Shown here: piece after piece, positions 17,476-25,821 of the stretch
Numbering within the stretch: the stretch's first letter is position 1
Layout of the letters: the number at the start of each line of letters is the position of its first letter
Assembly (NCBI GenBank): GCA_046328125.1
Contig: JAXLXF010000004.1
Span: forward strand, 118,280-182,279
Length of the DNA: 64,000 nt
Direction of reading: 5' to 3'
From: Chloroflexota bacterium
GTDB taxonomy: Bacteria > Chloroflexota > UBA6077 > JACCZL01
Position numbers and translations under genes: made by a program
The notes under the pieces: model-generated
What the model was told of the DNA's origin: nothing
What the model saw: the letters and a program-made list of their open reading frames with translations, nothing else
Database searches by the model: none

Positions 17476-17530
17476 AATTGGTCTGATGGTACCACACGAA
17501 ATTGGATCTTGTACCAGACCAGTGGACTTC
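17476..17530. promoter_or_regulatory. candidate PdxR operator: three direct repeats in the pdxR-pdxS intergenic region
   Basis: Boxes: aattggtctg (17476-17485), aattggatct (17500-17509) and cagtggactt (17520-17529), spaced 20-24 nt apart. The palindrome tggtacca lies between the first two boxes. MocR regulators typically bind direct repeats in this position. Confidence 0.4.
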
Positions 17531-17605
17531 CGTAACGTTCTTCTTCAGACGCAGGCAGCCGGCTCGCGCCAGACGCCTGACGGACACCCCTCGGAGGTCT
17601 CGGCC

Positions 17606-18487
17606 ATGCAGGAAGCCACATTTACCGTCAAGAAGGGCCTGGCGCAGATGCTCAAGGGCGGCGTCATCATGGACGTCGTCACGCCCGAGCAGGCGAAGAT
17701 CGCCGAGGACGCCGGCGCCTGCGCCGTGATGGCGCTGGAGCGCATCCCGGCCGAGATCCGGGCGCACGGTGGCGTCGCGCGGATGAGCCCGCCGGAGCTG
17801 ATCGAGCGGATCTGCGAGGCCGTCACGATCCCGGTCATGGCGAAGGCCCGCATCGGCCACTTCGTCGAGGCCCAGGTGCTCGAAGCGCTCAGCGTGGACT
17901 ACATCGACGAGTCCGAGGTTTTGACGCCGGCCGACGAGGAGCACCACACCGACAAGCACGGTTTCAAGGTGCCGTTCGTCTGCGGCGCGCGCGACCTGGG
18001 CGAGGCGCTGCGCCGAATCGGCGAGGGCGCGGCGATGATCCGCTCGAAGGGCGAGCCGGGCACCGGCAACATCGTCGAGGCGGTCCGTCACCTGCGCTCG
18101 ATCGTCGGCGCGATCAAGAAGCTGACCGTGCTCGGTCCAGACCAGTGGATGGCCGAAGCGAAGAACCTTGGCGCGCCGTACGAGCTGGTCCGCGAGGTGG
18201 CCCAGGAAGGCAAGCTGCCGGTCGTGCTGTTCTGCGCGGGCGGCGTGGCGACGCCGGCCGACGCGGCGCTGGTGATGCAGCTTGGCGCCGAGGGCGTGTT
18301 CGTCGGCTCGGGCATCTTCAAGGCGGAGAGCCCGGCCCGAACGGCGGCGGCGATCGTCAAGGCGACCACCCACTTCCGCGATGCCGGCATCATCGCCGAG
18401 GTCTCGAAGGGGCTGGGCGAGGCGATGTCCGGGATCGAGATCGGCGCGATCCCCGAGCGCGAGCTGATGGCTCCGCGCGGCTGGTAG
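17606..18487 (+). CDS. pdxS: pyridoxal 5'-phosphate synthase lyase subunit PdxS
   Basis: The product [49 protein letters not shown]... shows full-length PdxS similarity. GGAGG lies 8 nt upstream of the ATG at 17606. Confidence 0.95.
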   Translation: MQEATFTVKKGLAQMLKGGVIMDVVTPEQAKIAEDAGACAVMALERIPAEIRAHGGVARMSPPELIERICEAVTIPVMAKARIGHFVEAQVLEALSVDYIDESEVLTPADEEHHTDKHGFKVPFVCGARDLGEALRRIGEGAAMIRSKGEPGTGNIVEAVRHLRSIVGAIKKLTVLGPDQWMAEAKNLGAPYELVREVAQEGKLPVVLFCAGGVATPADAALVMQLGAEGVFVGSGIFKAESPARTAAAIVKATTHFRDAGIIAEVSKGLGEAMSGIEIGAIPERELMAPRGW

Positions 18488-18529
18488 ACGAGTAGACCGT
18501 AGTCAGGAGTCAGTAGGAGAGCTCACAGC

Positions 18530-19195
18530 ATGGCGAAATCCAGCATGACAGGTACCGCGGAGGGTGGGTTCTCCGATCTGACTATCGGCGTGCTGGCGTT
18601 GCAGGGCGCGTTCGTCGAGCACGTCCACATGCTGGAGCGGCTCGGGGCGCACGCGCGGGAGGTCCGCCTGCCGAGCGACCTCGACGGCCTGGACGGGCTG
18701 ATCATCCCTGGCGGCGAGAGCACGACGATCGGCAAACTGCTGGTGCACTACGAGCTGCTGGAGCCGCTCCGCGGCCTCGTGGACTCCGGCTTCCCGATCT
18801 ACGGCACCTGCGCCGGCACGATCTTGCTGGCGAAGGACATCGGCGGGCTGGATCAGCCGCTCCTGGCGACGATGGATCTGGTGGTCGAGCGTAACGCGTT
18901 CGGCCGCCAGCTCCAGAGCTTCGAGACGGATCTGAAGATCGCCGGGCTGGGCGAGGAGCCGTTCCGGGCAGTGTTCATCCGCGCGCCGGCCATCACCTCG
19001 ACCGGCCCCGGTGTGGACGTGCTGGCGAGCCTGGAGAATGGCACCATCGTGGCGGCGCGCCAGAACAGCCTGGTGGTCAGCTGCTTCCACCCGGAGCTGA
19101 CCGACGACGACCGCTTCCATCGGGCGTTCCTGGAGCAGGTCCGGGCGTACCACGCGGGGCGCCTGCCCTCTGCGCAGGCGGTGCCAGCTTCCTGA
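18530..19195 (+). CDS. pdxT: pyridoxal 5'-phosphate synthase glutaminase subunit PdxT
   Basis: Motifs present: IGVLALQGAF, LIIPGGESTT, GTCAG (catalytic Cys) and CFHPELT. It lies immediately downstream of pdxS. Confidence 0.9.
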   Translation: MAKSSMTGTAEGGFSDLTIGVLALQGAFVEHVHMLERLGAHAREVRLPSDLDGLDGLIIPGGESTTIGKLLVHYELLEPLRGLVDSGFPIYGTCAGTILLAKDIGGLDQPLLATMDLVVERNAFGRQLQSFETDLKIAGLGEEPFRAVFIRAPAITSTGPGVDVLASLENGTIVAARQNSLVVSCFHPELTDDDRFHRAFLEQVRAYHAGRLPSAQAVPAS

Positions 19196-19267
19196 CAGGG
19201 GCCAACGGCGTATCCCCCTGGGAGCGCGGCCATCTCACTGCCGTGGACCCGCATTGTCTGACAATCC

Positions 19268-19297
19268 TTGACAGCTGCCGGCTGCCGGGCCTACAGT
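19268..19297 (+). promoter_or_regulatory. candidate sigma70-type promoter for the solute-binding protein gene
   Basis: TTGACA (19268-19273), an 18-nt spacer, then TACAGT (19292-19297), about 120 nt upstream of the GTG start. Confidence 0.3.
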
Positions 19298-19416
19298 CGG
19301 GAGAGGTCTGCCCTGCTGCTCTGCTGACGTTCATTCGCGCATTCGGCAGGCCGCCCCATCCATTCGATGACTGGCGTAGCTCTTGAACGACGTTCGCGAT
19401 CACGAGGAGGTGACGC

Positions 19417-21267
19417 GTGGCTTCGAGGCAGCCCAGCGACGCATATCCCGAGCCAGGCTCATCTGACGAAGCTCCCGCGCTGAGCCGTCGTACCTTTCTC
19501 CAGCTTGCAGCCATGGGTGGTCTCCCCCTCGCCCTGGCCGCCTGCTCGCCAGGAGCGCCAGCCGGCGCCGGCGGGCAATCGGCTGGCCCGGCGGCCACGG
19601 CGCCAGCCGGGCAGTCGGCTGCGCAGTCAGCGCCGCCAGCCTCGGGCCAGGGCCAGCCGACGGCGCAGTCGCAGGCTGCCGCCCAGGCGAAGCCGGCCGC
19701 CACCGGCAAGATCGCGTTCCCGACCTATGCCGCGTACAAGAACGCCAGCCTCAAGCCGGACTTCCACCTGGACGACCCGCTCTACAGCGACGCGTTCGAG
19801 ACGTATCCGGCCCCGTTCAAGTCCGTCGATGCGCCGCCGGGCACGGGCAGTAACGTCAACGTGCTGATCCCGTCGTACTTCCCGGCCCCGACCCCGTTCG
19901 ACCAGAACCCGACCTGGCAGGAGGTCAACAAGCGGCTGAACGCGAACGTGCAGATGAACATGGTGGCCGGCGCCGACTACCGTCCGAAATTCGCGACGGT
20001 CATCGCCAGCGACGACCTGCCGGACATCATGCACATCTTCTTCGGGTTCAGCGTGGCGCCGAACCTGCCGGCCTTCTTCAAGGCGAAGTGCGCCGACCTC
20101 GCACCGTACCTGAGCGGCGACGCAGCCAAAGAGTACCCGTACCTCGCGGCCATCCCGACGCCGGCCTGGAAGAACTCGATCTCGATCATCGACGGCGCAC
20201 TCTACTTGATCCCGATTCAGCGCCAGATGACCTCGATCCCGCCCTTTGGCGGCAACTTCTTCAAGAACCTAGACTTCTACGACCCGGACATCGGCGCGGA
20301 CTACACCCCGAAGGACGCCGACGACTTCAAGCGGGTGCTCCAGCAGCTGAATCGGCCGCAGGAGAACCGCTGGGCGATGGGCAACTTCGGCACCAACGAC
20401 CGGCTGTTCGGGCTGAGCGGCTACCTCCAGATGTTCGGGGCGCCCAACAACTGGAAACTGGACGCCAGCGGCAAGCTGGTGAAGGATCGCGAGACCGAGG
20501 AGTACAAGGCGGCGGTCGGCTACCTGCGGGAGCTGATCGCGGCAGGCTTGCACACCCCGGACATCGCGACGATGACCACCTCGCGCACGGACTGGGTCGC
20601 CAAGAAGTTCGTGCTGACGGTGGAGGGACACGGGAACTCCTGGGTGGACGCCTGGCAGCGTGGGCTCCAGCAGAAGCCGCCGACCCGGACCGGCCTGGTC
20701 AAGCCGTTCTCGGCGCAGGCGGGCCAGAAGCCGGTGACGTACCTGAGCACCGGCTTCGTCTCGATGAACGTGCTGAAGAAGGCGCCGCCGGAGCGGATCA
20801 AGGAGCTGCTCCGGATCATGAACTATCTGGCCGCGCCGTTCGGCAGCGAGGAGAGCACCCTGCTGCGGTACGGGATCAAGGACCAGGACTACAAGCTGGA
20901 CGAGAAGGGCACGCCGATCTCCTCAGCCGAGGGGATGAGCCGCTCTGGGTACGTGCCGTGGCGCTACATCGCCGAGCACCCCTGGGTCCACTGCGAGCCG
21001 GCCCTGACCGGCTACGCGAAGGCGGCCCACGAGGCGGAGAAGGCGGTCCTGCCGTACGGCATCGACGACCCGACCAACGGCTTCTATGCGCCCACGGTGT
21101 ATGCGCGCGGCGCCGTCGCGGACACGACCTACAACGACGGCATCCGCGAGATCCTGCTGGGCCGCAAGCAGTTCAGTGAGTTTGACCAGATCCTCAAGAG
21201 CTGGCAATCTGACGCCGGCGAGCAGATCCGCAAGGAGTATCTGGACGCGATGGCGGCGGCGAAGTAG
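19417..21267 (+). CDS. large extracellular solute-binding lipoprotein (family 1 / LplA-like ABC SBP), Tat signal
   Basis: GTG start after GAGGAGG. It has the twin-arginine motif SRRTFLQL, the lipobox LAAC and a low-complexity Ala/Gln/Pro linker, followed by an SBP-like body of about 500 aa. No cognate permease genes are adjacent. Confidence 0.75.
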   Translation: MASRQPSDAYPEPGSSDEAPALSRRTFLQLAAMGGLPLALAACSPGAPAGAGGQSAGPAATAPAGQSAAQSAPPASGQGQPTAQSQAAAQAKPAATGKIAFPTYAAYKNASLKPDFHLDDPLYSDAFETYPAPFKSVDAPPGTGSNVNVLIPSYFPAPTPFDQNPTWQEVNKRLNANVQMNMVAGADYRPKFATVIASDDLPDIMHIFFGFSVAPNLPAFFKAKCADLAPYLSGDAAKEYPYLAAIPTPAWKNSISIIDGALYLIPIQRQMTSIPPFGGNFFKNLDFYDPDIGADYTPKDADDFKRVLQQLNRPQENRWAMGNFGTNDRLFGLSGYLQMFGAPNNWKLDASGKLVKDRETEEYKAAVGYLRELIAAGLHTPDIATMTTSRTDWVAKKFVLTVEGHGNSWVDAWQRGLQQKPPTRTGLVKPFSAQAGQKPVTYLSTGFVSMNVLKKAPPERIKELLRIMNYLAAPFGSEESTLLRYGIKDQDYKLDEKGTPISSAEGMSRSGYVPWRYIAEHPWVHCEPALTGYAKAAHEAEKAVLPYGIDDPTNGFYAPTVYARGAVADTTYNDGIREILLGRKQFSEFDQILKSWQSDAGEQIRKEYLDAMAAAK

Positions 21268-21278
21268 GTTCGCCGCCG

Positions 21279-21494
21279 TCAGGCTCGGTCAGCGCGTGAC
21301 CGCGAGGTGGCCGAGCCGGCGCCGGTCTGACGGCCGGGGAGCTGCCCGGTCATGCCCGGGGCGTTCTGGCCCTTGCGCGTCAGCCAGTTCCTGGCCTGCA
21401 TCAGCCAGCCGATGTTCATGAAGATCAGCACCGCGGCCACCAGCACCGCGATCGCGAGCTGCATCCAGACCGGCAAACCTTGAAGGATGTCCAC
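21279..21494 (-). CDS. small hypothetical membrane protein (71 aa)
   Basis: GTG at 21494 lies 7 nt after GGAGAGGAGG. It has one clear TM helix (WMQLAIAVLVAAVLIFMNIGWL). Confidence 0.45.
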   Translation of the reverse strand: MDILQGLPVWMQLAIAVLVAAVLIFMNIGWLMQARNWLTRKGQNAPGMTGQLPGRQTGAGSATSRSRADRA

Positions 21495-21599
21495 CGCCGG
21501 CCTCCTCTCCTCGAAAGCGTCCTACGACGCTCCCAATACAAGAAGTGTACCGCGCCGAAGGCTCACCTCACCCCAACCGTCTCCCAGGAGCGAGGGAGC

Positions 21600-22517
21600 T
21601 CAGCCGGAGCGGAGGGTCGGATCGAGGACGTCGCGGACCCAGTCGCCGCCACGGCTGATGGCGATCGTGGTCAGCATGATCGCCAGTCCGGGGAAGGTGC
21701 TGAGCCACCAGGCTGTGTCCAGGTACTGGCGGCCCTGGCCCAACATGCCGCCCCAGGACGGGCTCGGCGGCTGGACCCCAAGTCCCAGGAAGCTCAAGGT
21801 GGACTCCAGCACGATCAGCCGGGCCAGGTCGAGCGTCGCCAGCACGATCACCGGCGACAGGATGTTCGGTAGGATGTGGCGGAACAGGATCCGGAAGTCC
21901 GAGCCGCCGAGCGCGCGAACGGACTGCACGAGCTCCTGCTCCTTGATCGTCAGCACCACACCTCGACAGACCCGCGCGTACGTCATCCAGCCGCTGACTC
22001 CGACGATGACGATCAGCTTCCACGGGACGGCCTCGGCGGGGTCTGGGCCGAGCACCGCGATGATGGCGATGGCGAGCAGGATGAACGGAAACGCCAGCTG
22101 CATGTCCGCCACCAGCATGATGACCTCGTCCACCGCGCCCGCGAAGTAGCCGGCCAGCATTCCCAGGACCGTCCCGAAGGTCGAGCCGATCGCGACGCCG
22201 ACCAGCCCGACGGCCAGCGAGATCCGCGCGCCGTAGATCATCCGGCTCAGGATGTCGCGGCCAACCTCGTCAGTCCCGAGGATGTAGCCCGGCTCGGCGT
22301 CCTCCAGCCAGATCGGCGGCTTCAAGCGGAGCATCAGCGACTGCTCGGATGGGCTCCTGGGCGCCAGGACCGGCGCCAGAACCGCGAACAGCGCCATCGT
22401 CACCAGGATGAACGCGCACAGCCAGACGACCGCCGGCACCCGCCGCAGGTGGTACCCGAGCGTCGGACCTGAACGGCGGACCTCCGACGTTGGATCGACA
22501 ACGACAGTCGCGCTCAT
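21600..22517 (-). CDS. ABC transporter permease, DppC/OppC-like
   Basis: Motifs MSATVVVDP..., GTDEVGRDILSR and the EAA-loop region ALGGSDFRILFRHILPN are present. It overlaps the upstream permease by 4 nt. The N-terminal 420 aa of the track ORF 21600-23783 were discarded as a read-through artefact. Confidence 0.9.
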   Translation of the reverse strand: MSATVVVDPTSEVRRSGPTLGYHLRRVPAVVWLCAFILVTMALFAVLAPVLAPRSPSEQSLMLRLKPPIWLEDAEPGYILGTDEVGRDILSRMIYGARISLAVGLVGVAIGSTFGTVLGMLAGYFAGAVDEVIMLVADMQLAFPFILLAIAIIAVLGPDPAEAVPWKLIVIVGVSGWMTYARVCRGVVLTIKEQELVQSVRALGGSDFRILFRHILPNILSPVIVLATLDLARLIVLESTLSFLGLGVQPPSPSWGGMLGQGRQYLDTAWWLSTFPGLAIMLTTIAISRGGDWVRDVLDPTLRSG

Positions 22518-23467
22518 GCGTAGCGAATCCGGGGATTGAGCCAGCCGTACGCCAGGTCCACCAGGAAGTTGACCACGACGAACGCCATCGCCACCAGCAG
22601 CACCGAGGACTGGACGATCGGATAGTCGCGGCTGCCAATCGACTTGATCGCCAGCAGCCCGATGCCCGGCCAGGAGAACACGGTCTCGGTGACGACCGCG
22701 CCGCCAAGCAGCGTCCCGAACTGAAGCCCCATGATGGTGATGATGGGGATCGCGGCGTTCGTCAGATTGTGCCGCAGCAGCACCACCACGTCGCGCAGGC
22801 CCTTGGCACGCGCCGTCCGGATGTAGTCCTGGCGCATCACCTCCAGCACCGCCGAGCGGGTCAGCCGCGCGATGCTCGCCATCGCGAAGGCGCCCAGCGT
22901 CACGGCGGGCAGGCAGACGTGCCAGAGCATCGTCGGCCAGTCCGCCGGGTTCAGCCAGCTGCCATCGCCGCGACCGGAGACCGGGAACCAGCCGAGCTGG
23001 AGCCCAAGCACCAGGATCAGCATGATGCCGATGTAGAAGGTCGGCGCAGACTGGCCGATCAGCGCGAGCAGCATAGCCAGGTTGTCCCAGATCGAGTTGC
23101 GCTTCGCCGCCGAGATCAGGCCAGCCGGCAGCGCGATCATGACGGCCAGCAGGAACGCCGAGATCGCAAGCTCGAAAGTGGCCGGCAACCGCTCCAGCGC
23201 CACGTTGACGGCTGGCTGACGCAGGTGGATCGACCGGCCGAGATCGCCGTGCAGGACGTTTCCCAGGAAGACGACGTACTGGATCGGAATGGGCCGATCG
23301 AGGCCCAGCTCGGCGCGGACCCGGTTCATCTCGGACGGCGGCGCGTCCGGCGGCAGCATCAGCGGGACCGGGTCGCCTGAGAGCCGCATCGTGATGAAGA
23401 CGATGGTGACGATGCCCCAGAGGGCGACCACCGCGCGAAGCACCCGGCGCGTCAGAAATGGCAGCAT
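22514..23467 (-). CDS. ABC transporter permease, DppB/OppB-like
   Basis: Starting at MLPFLTRRVLRAVVALWGIVTIVF, with YIRTARAKGL in the EAA loop. The start is the ATG at 23467, as is typical for the family. Confidence 0.9.
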   Translation of the reverse strand: MLPFLTRRVLRAVVALWGIVTIVFITMRLSGDPVPLMLPPDAPPSEMNRVRAELGLDRPIPIQYVVFLGNVLHGDLGRSIHLRQPAVNVALERLPATFELAISAFLLAVMIALPAGLISAAKRNSIWDNLAMLLALIGQSAPTFYIGIMLILVLGLQLGWFPVSGRGDGSWLNPADWPTMLWHVCLPAVTLGAFAMASIARLTRSAVLEVMRQDYIRTARAKGLRDVVVLLRHNLTNAAIPIITIMGLQFGTLLGGAVVTETVFSWPGIGLLAIKSIGSRDYPIVQSSVLLVAMAFVVVNFLVDLAYGWLNPRIRYA

Positions 23468-23604
23468 GGCGCCAGCGATGACCTCCCCCGACGAGGCGTT
23501 GCTCGAATCGTGCGGCAAGCGACCTGGCCGGAGCATCAATTTGCCCCGGCTCCTGGGGGTCACCGGGCGCGCGAATGCTCGCATTTCGGCGTATCCCTGT
23601 CGAC

Positions 23605-23667
23605 GCGAGTAGCGAGTAGCGAGTAGCGAGTAGCGAGTAGCGAGTAGCGAGGGGCGAGGGGCGAGCC
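23605..23667. repeat. heptanucleotide tandem repeat (6 perfect gcgagta units plus 3 variant units)
   Basis: gcgagta x6 (23605-23646), then gcgaggg x2 and gcgagcc. It is non-coding and sits between the divergent permease operon and the 23770 gene. Confidence 0.9.
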
Positions 23668-23769
23668 ATGCGTACGGCATGCGTTGTGCTTCGTCTTGTC
23701 GTGCGGCCCGCTTCCAGGCTGCCGAATCGGTCCTGGTTGTGCGCCTCGTCAGGAAAGGACTTGAACAGC

Positions 23770-24105
23770 ATGAAGCGACGCAACGTCCAGATGGCGTTTG
23801 TAGGCGAGGGTGTGACCTCAGGCGACGATGCAGTGGATCAGCTCGTCGAGGGCGACGAGGCGGTAGACGTCGAAGTGCGCGGTGGCAAGCTGATGATCGT
23901 CGTTCCGGCCGGCACGCCTGATGAGCGGATCTTCGACGCGGCGACGAACCTGGGCGGGGAGCTCGTCCTGGAGAACGGGATGCGGTTCAGCTTCACACTT
24001 GAAGACGCGGCGGTCGGAGCGCAGTTCTCAGCCACTCGCGAGGCCGAGCGCGACGACACCCATGAGGGCCTCAGCTCGCTGCCAGACGTGCCGAGCGGCA
24101 CCTGA
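23770..24105 (+). CDS. hypothetical acidic protein (111 aa)
   Basis: The ATG at 23770 is preceded by AGGAAAGGA. The product has balanced composition (MKRRNVQMAFVGEGVTSGDDAVDQLVEGDE...). I recognise no family. Confidence 0.4.
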   Translation: MKRRNVQMAFVGEGVTSGDDAVDQLVEGDEAVDVEVRGGKLMIVVPAGTPDERIFDAATNLGGELVLENGMRFSFTLEDAAVGAQFSATREAERDDTHEGLSSLPDVPSGT

Positions 24106-24213
24106 CAGCCACGGAGGCGGATGTCCGCGAGCGCTGCATCTCGGTGGCGTAGGCTCACGGAGGACAGAGCGGCGGAGCAGCCAAACGGACGATTCGCGCA
24201 CGCCCGCGTGGAG

Positions 24214-24272
24214 GCAAACAAAAAGGGTGTTGAGGTACGGCGGCAGCAGTGTGCCATCGGACCTCAACACCC
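24214..24272 (-). terminator. rho-independent terminator for the 24284-25144 gene
   Basis: A 12-bp stem, gggtgttgaggt (24225-24236) paired with acctcaacaccc (24261-24272). On the - strand it is followed by TTTTTGTTT (24216-24224). Confidence 0.65.
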
Positions 24273-24283
24273 GTTGGGTACCA

Positions 24284-25144
24284 TTATTTGACGCGCGTCC
24301 AGACCACCTTCCGCTCCCGCTGACCCCGTGCCCGTTGCACTGCACGCCATCGCTGCACGAGGGTGAGTGCGGTCCCGACGCAGACGCTGACAACCGCCTG
24401 TCCGACCCAAGACAACAGCGTGCCTGGAAATCCGGTGGTCACGCTTTGCCCCACCACGATGAGCGCGAGGGCGACGCCCGTTCCGCTTCCAAACGAGAGC
24501 CACAAGCCGCGGAGCTCGTGGCTCGGCCAGAGACCACGATCCTCGCCCCGCATCTCGACCTCGCTGCCAATCCATCGAATGCGGCGCTCCTCTGGGTAGC
24601 TGATTGCGAGGTCGCGCACGACGCCAAAGCAGACTCGGTCACCAAGGTGCCGGTCCTGCCACTCGCCAAGCGCCAGGATAAGCTGTTCGCCCGTAGTCTG
24701 CAGTACGAGATCGCTGCTGTCGAAGAGTACTAAGAACCATCGCCAGTTACCTGGCGACCCATCGCGCAGGAGCAGTCCTTCGACGTCCAGACCGACGTGG
24801 AAGACCGCGCACGCGATGTCGTCGTTGATGAGACGACGAAGGACCGGCGGAAGACTGGGCCTGATCCTCGCCATCAGCGCCTCGAGCTCCTCGCCGGTCA
24901 GCGAGCGGGTGCTGAACCCCGCCGCCCCTAGCTGCTCCTTGAGATGACCCTCGATCGACTTGTGAAGCAGGGCGATCTGGGCCGGTGTCGCGTTCTGAGG
25001 CACGCATCTCTCGGCGTACGGTACCTCCTGCAAGCCTGCCAGCAATCGGAACTGAGGGCCGACCGGTCGTTCGGCCTGTTGCTCGTCCTTTGGCTCGTCC
25101 ATCGAACGTGTGGTGACTACGCTGTCATCCACCATGCTCTCCAC
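24284..25144 (-). CDS. hypothetical membrane protein (soluble N-terminal domain, two C-terminal TM helices)
   Basis: 286-aa ORF with a proper terminator. Its TM segments are GVALALIVVGQSV and AVVSVCVGTALTLV. It lies in a stretch that looks lower in G+C. I recognise no family. Confidence 0.5.
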   Translation of the reverse strand: MESMVDDSVVTTRSMDEPKDEQQAERPVGPQFRLLAGLQEVPYAERCVPQNATPAQIALLHKSIEGHLKEQLGAAGFSTRSLTGEELEALMARIRPSLPPVLRRLINDDIACAVFHVGLDVEGLLLRDGSPGNWRWFLVLFDSSDLVLQTTGEQLILALGEWQDRHLGDRVCFGVVRDLAISYPEERRIRWIGSEVEMRGEDRGLWPSHELRGLWLSFGSGTGVALALIVVGQSVTTGFPGTLLSWVGQAVVSVCVGTALTLVQRWRAVQRARGQRERKVVWTRVK

Positions 25145-25821
25145 CCTTCACACTGCGCTACGGCAAGTTGTCTACCCCACGTGCCCGCCTCCGATCGCTC
25201 GGCCAGATGCCCCGTTCCACCAGCACGTCGCGCAGCGTACCGAAGCACTCCCCGATGGGCCTCGGATCAACCGCGCGACGCGCGATCCAGCTACTGGGCT
25301 ATCCATCCCGCTCCCTTCCCCGCGACTCAGACCTCGCGGCCGGCCATTGAATGCGACGGTGATTCTCTGACGATAGGGCCTGCCAACCTGCTCGACATAT
25401 CGAAGTGGGGAGCTTTCATGTGGGAGTCATCCGGGCTTCGTTGGCCTCGCCTGGGTCCAGCTGGGGCGCTCGTCTGAAGATCGTCGGGGGCTCCGGGAAA
25501 CCAGTGTCCGCGGCGGCCCGAAGTCCAGTGAGCGGCGCACTGAGCCCGCTAAAAGGTTTCGAGCGGGCGCTTCGTCGGCGACGCTGATACCGAGCGACGG
25601 GATCGCCGCGACACCCGACTGGATTTGTCCGGTGACGTTTCGCTGCCGGTGGCCGGCGGCCCGTCACTGGCGCGAAAGGCGTGCGTTTGGCCGACTCTCC
25701 GCGGCGATCTGCTGACGTTCGTGTTACAGACTGGTAACCGGTGGGCGGTTCGGACTAGACTTGCCCGGTCTCATGACGCTTCGGCGCTGCTATGTCGCAG
25801 TAACGGCCCGATGTTCAGTCT

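Noticed and set aside
17459-18373. N-terminal 305 codons of the 868-aa - strand ORF 15767-18373
   Set aside because: This part is antisense to pdxS, which is unmistakable, and has no homology-like features. PdxR begins at the internal MATALT... methionine.
22518-23783. Upstream extension of ORF 21600-23783 (727 aa) and the 23468-23680 extension of the DppB-like ORF
   Set aside because: These are read-through artefacts. The extensions overlap the neighbouring permease in another frame, or translate the heptamer microsatellite (LLATRYSLLATRYS). The family-typical starts are internal.
25145-25821. Small ORFs in the 680-nt divergent region of the lower-GC islet
   Set aside because: They have no ribosome-binding sites or recognisable motifs and are mutually overlapping. 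They may hide a small gene or sRNA, but I cannot support one.
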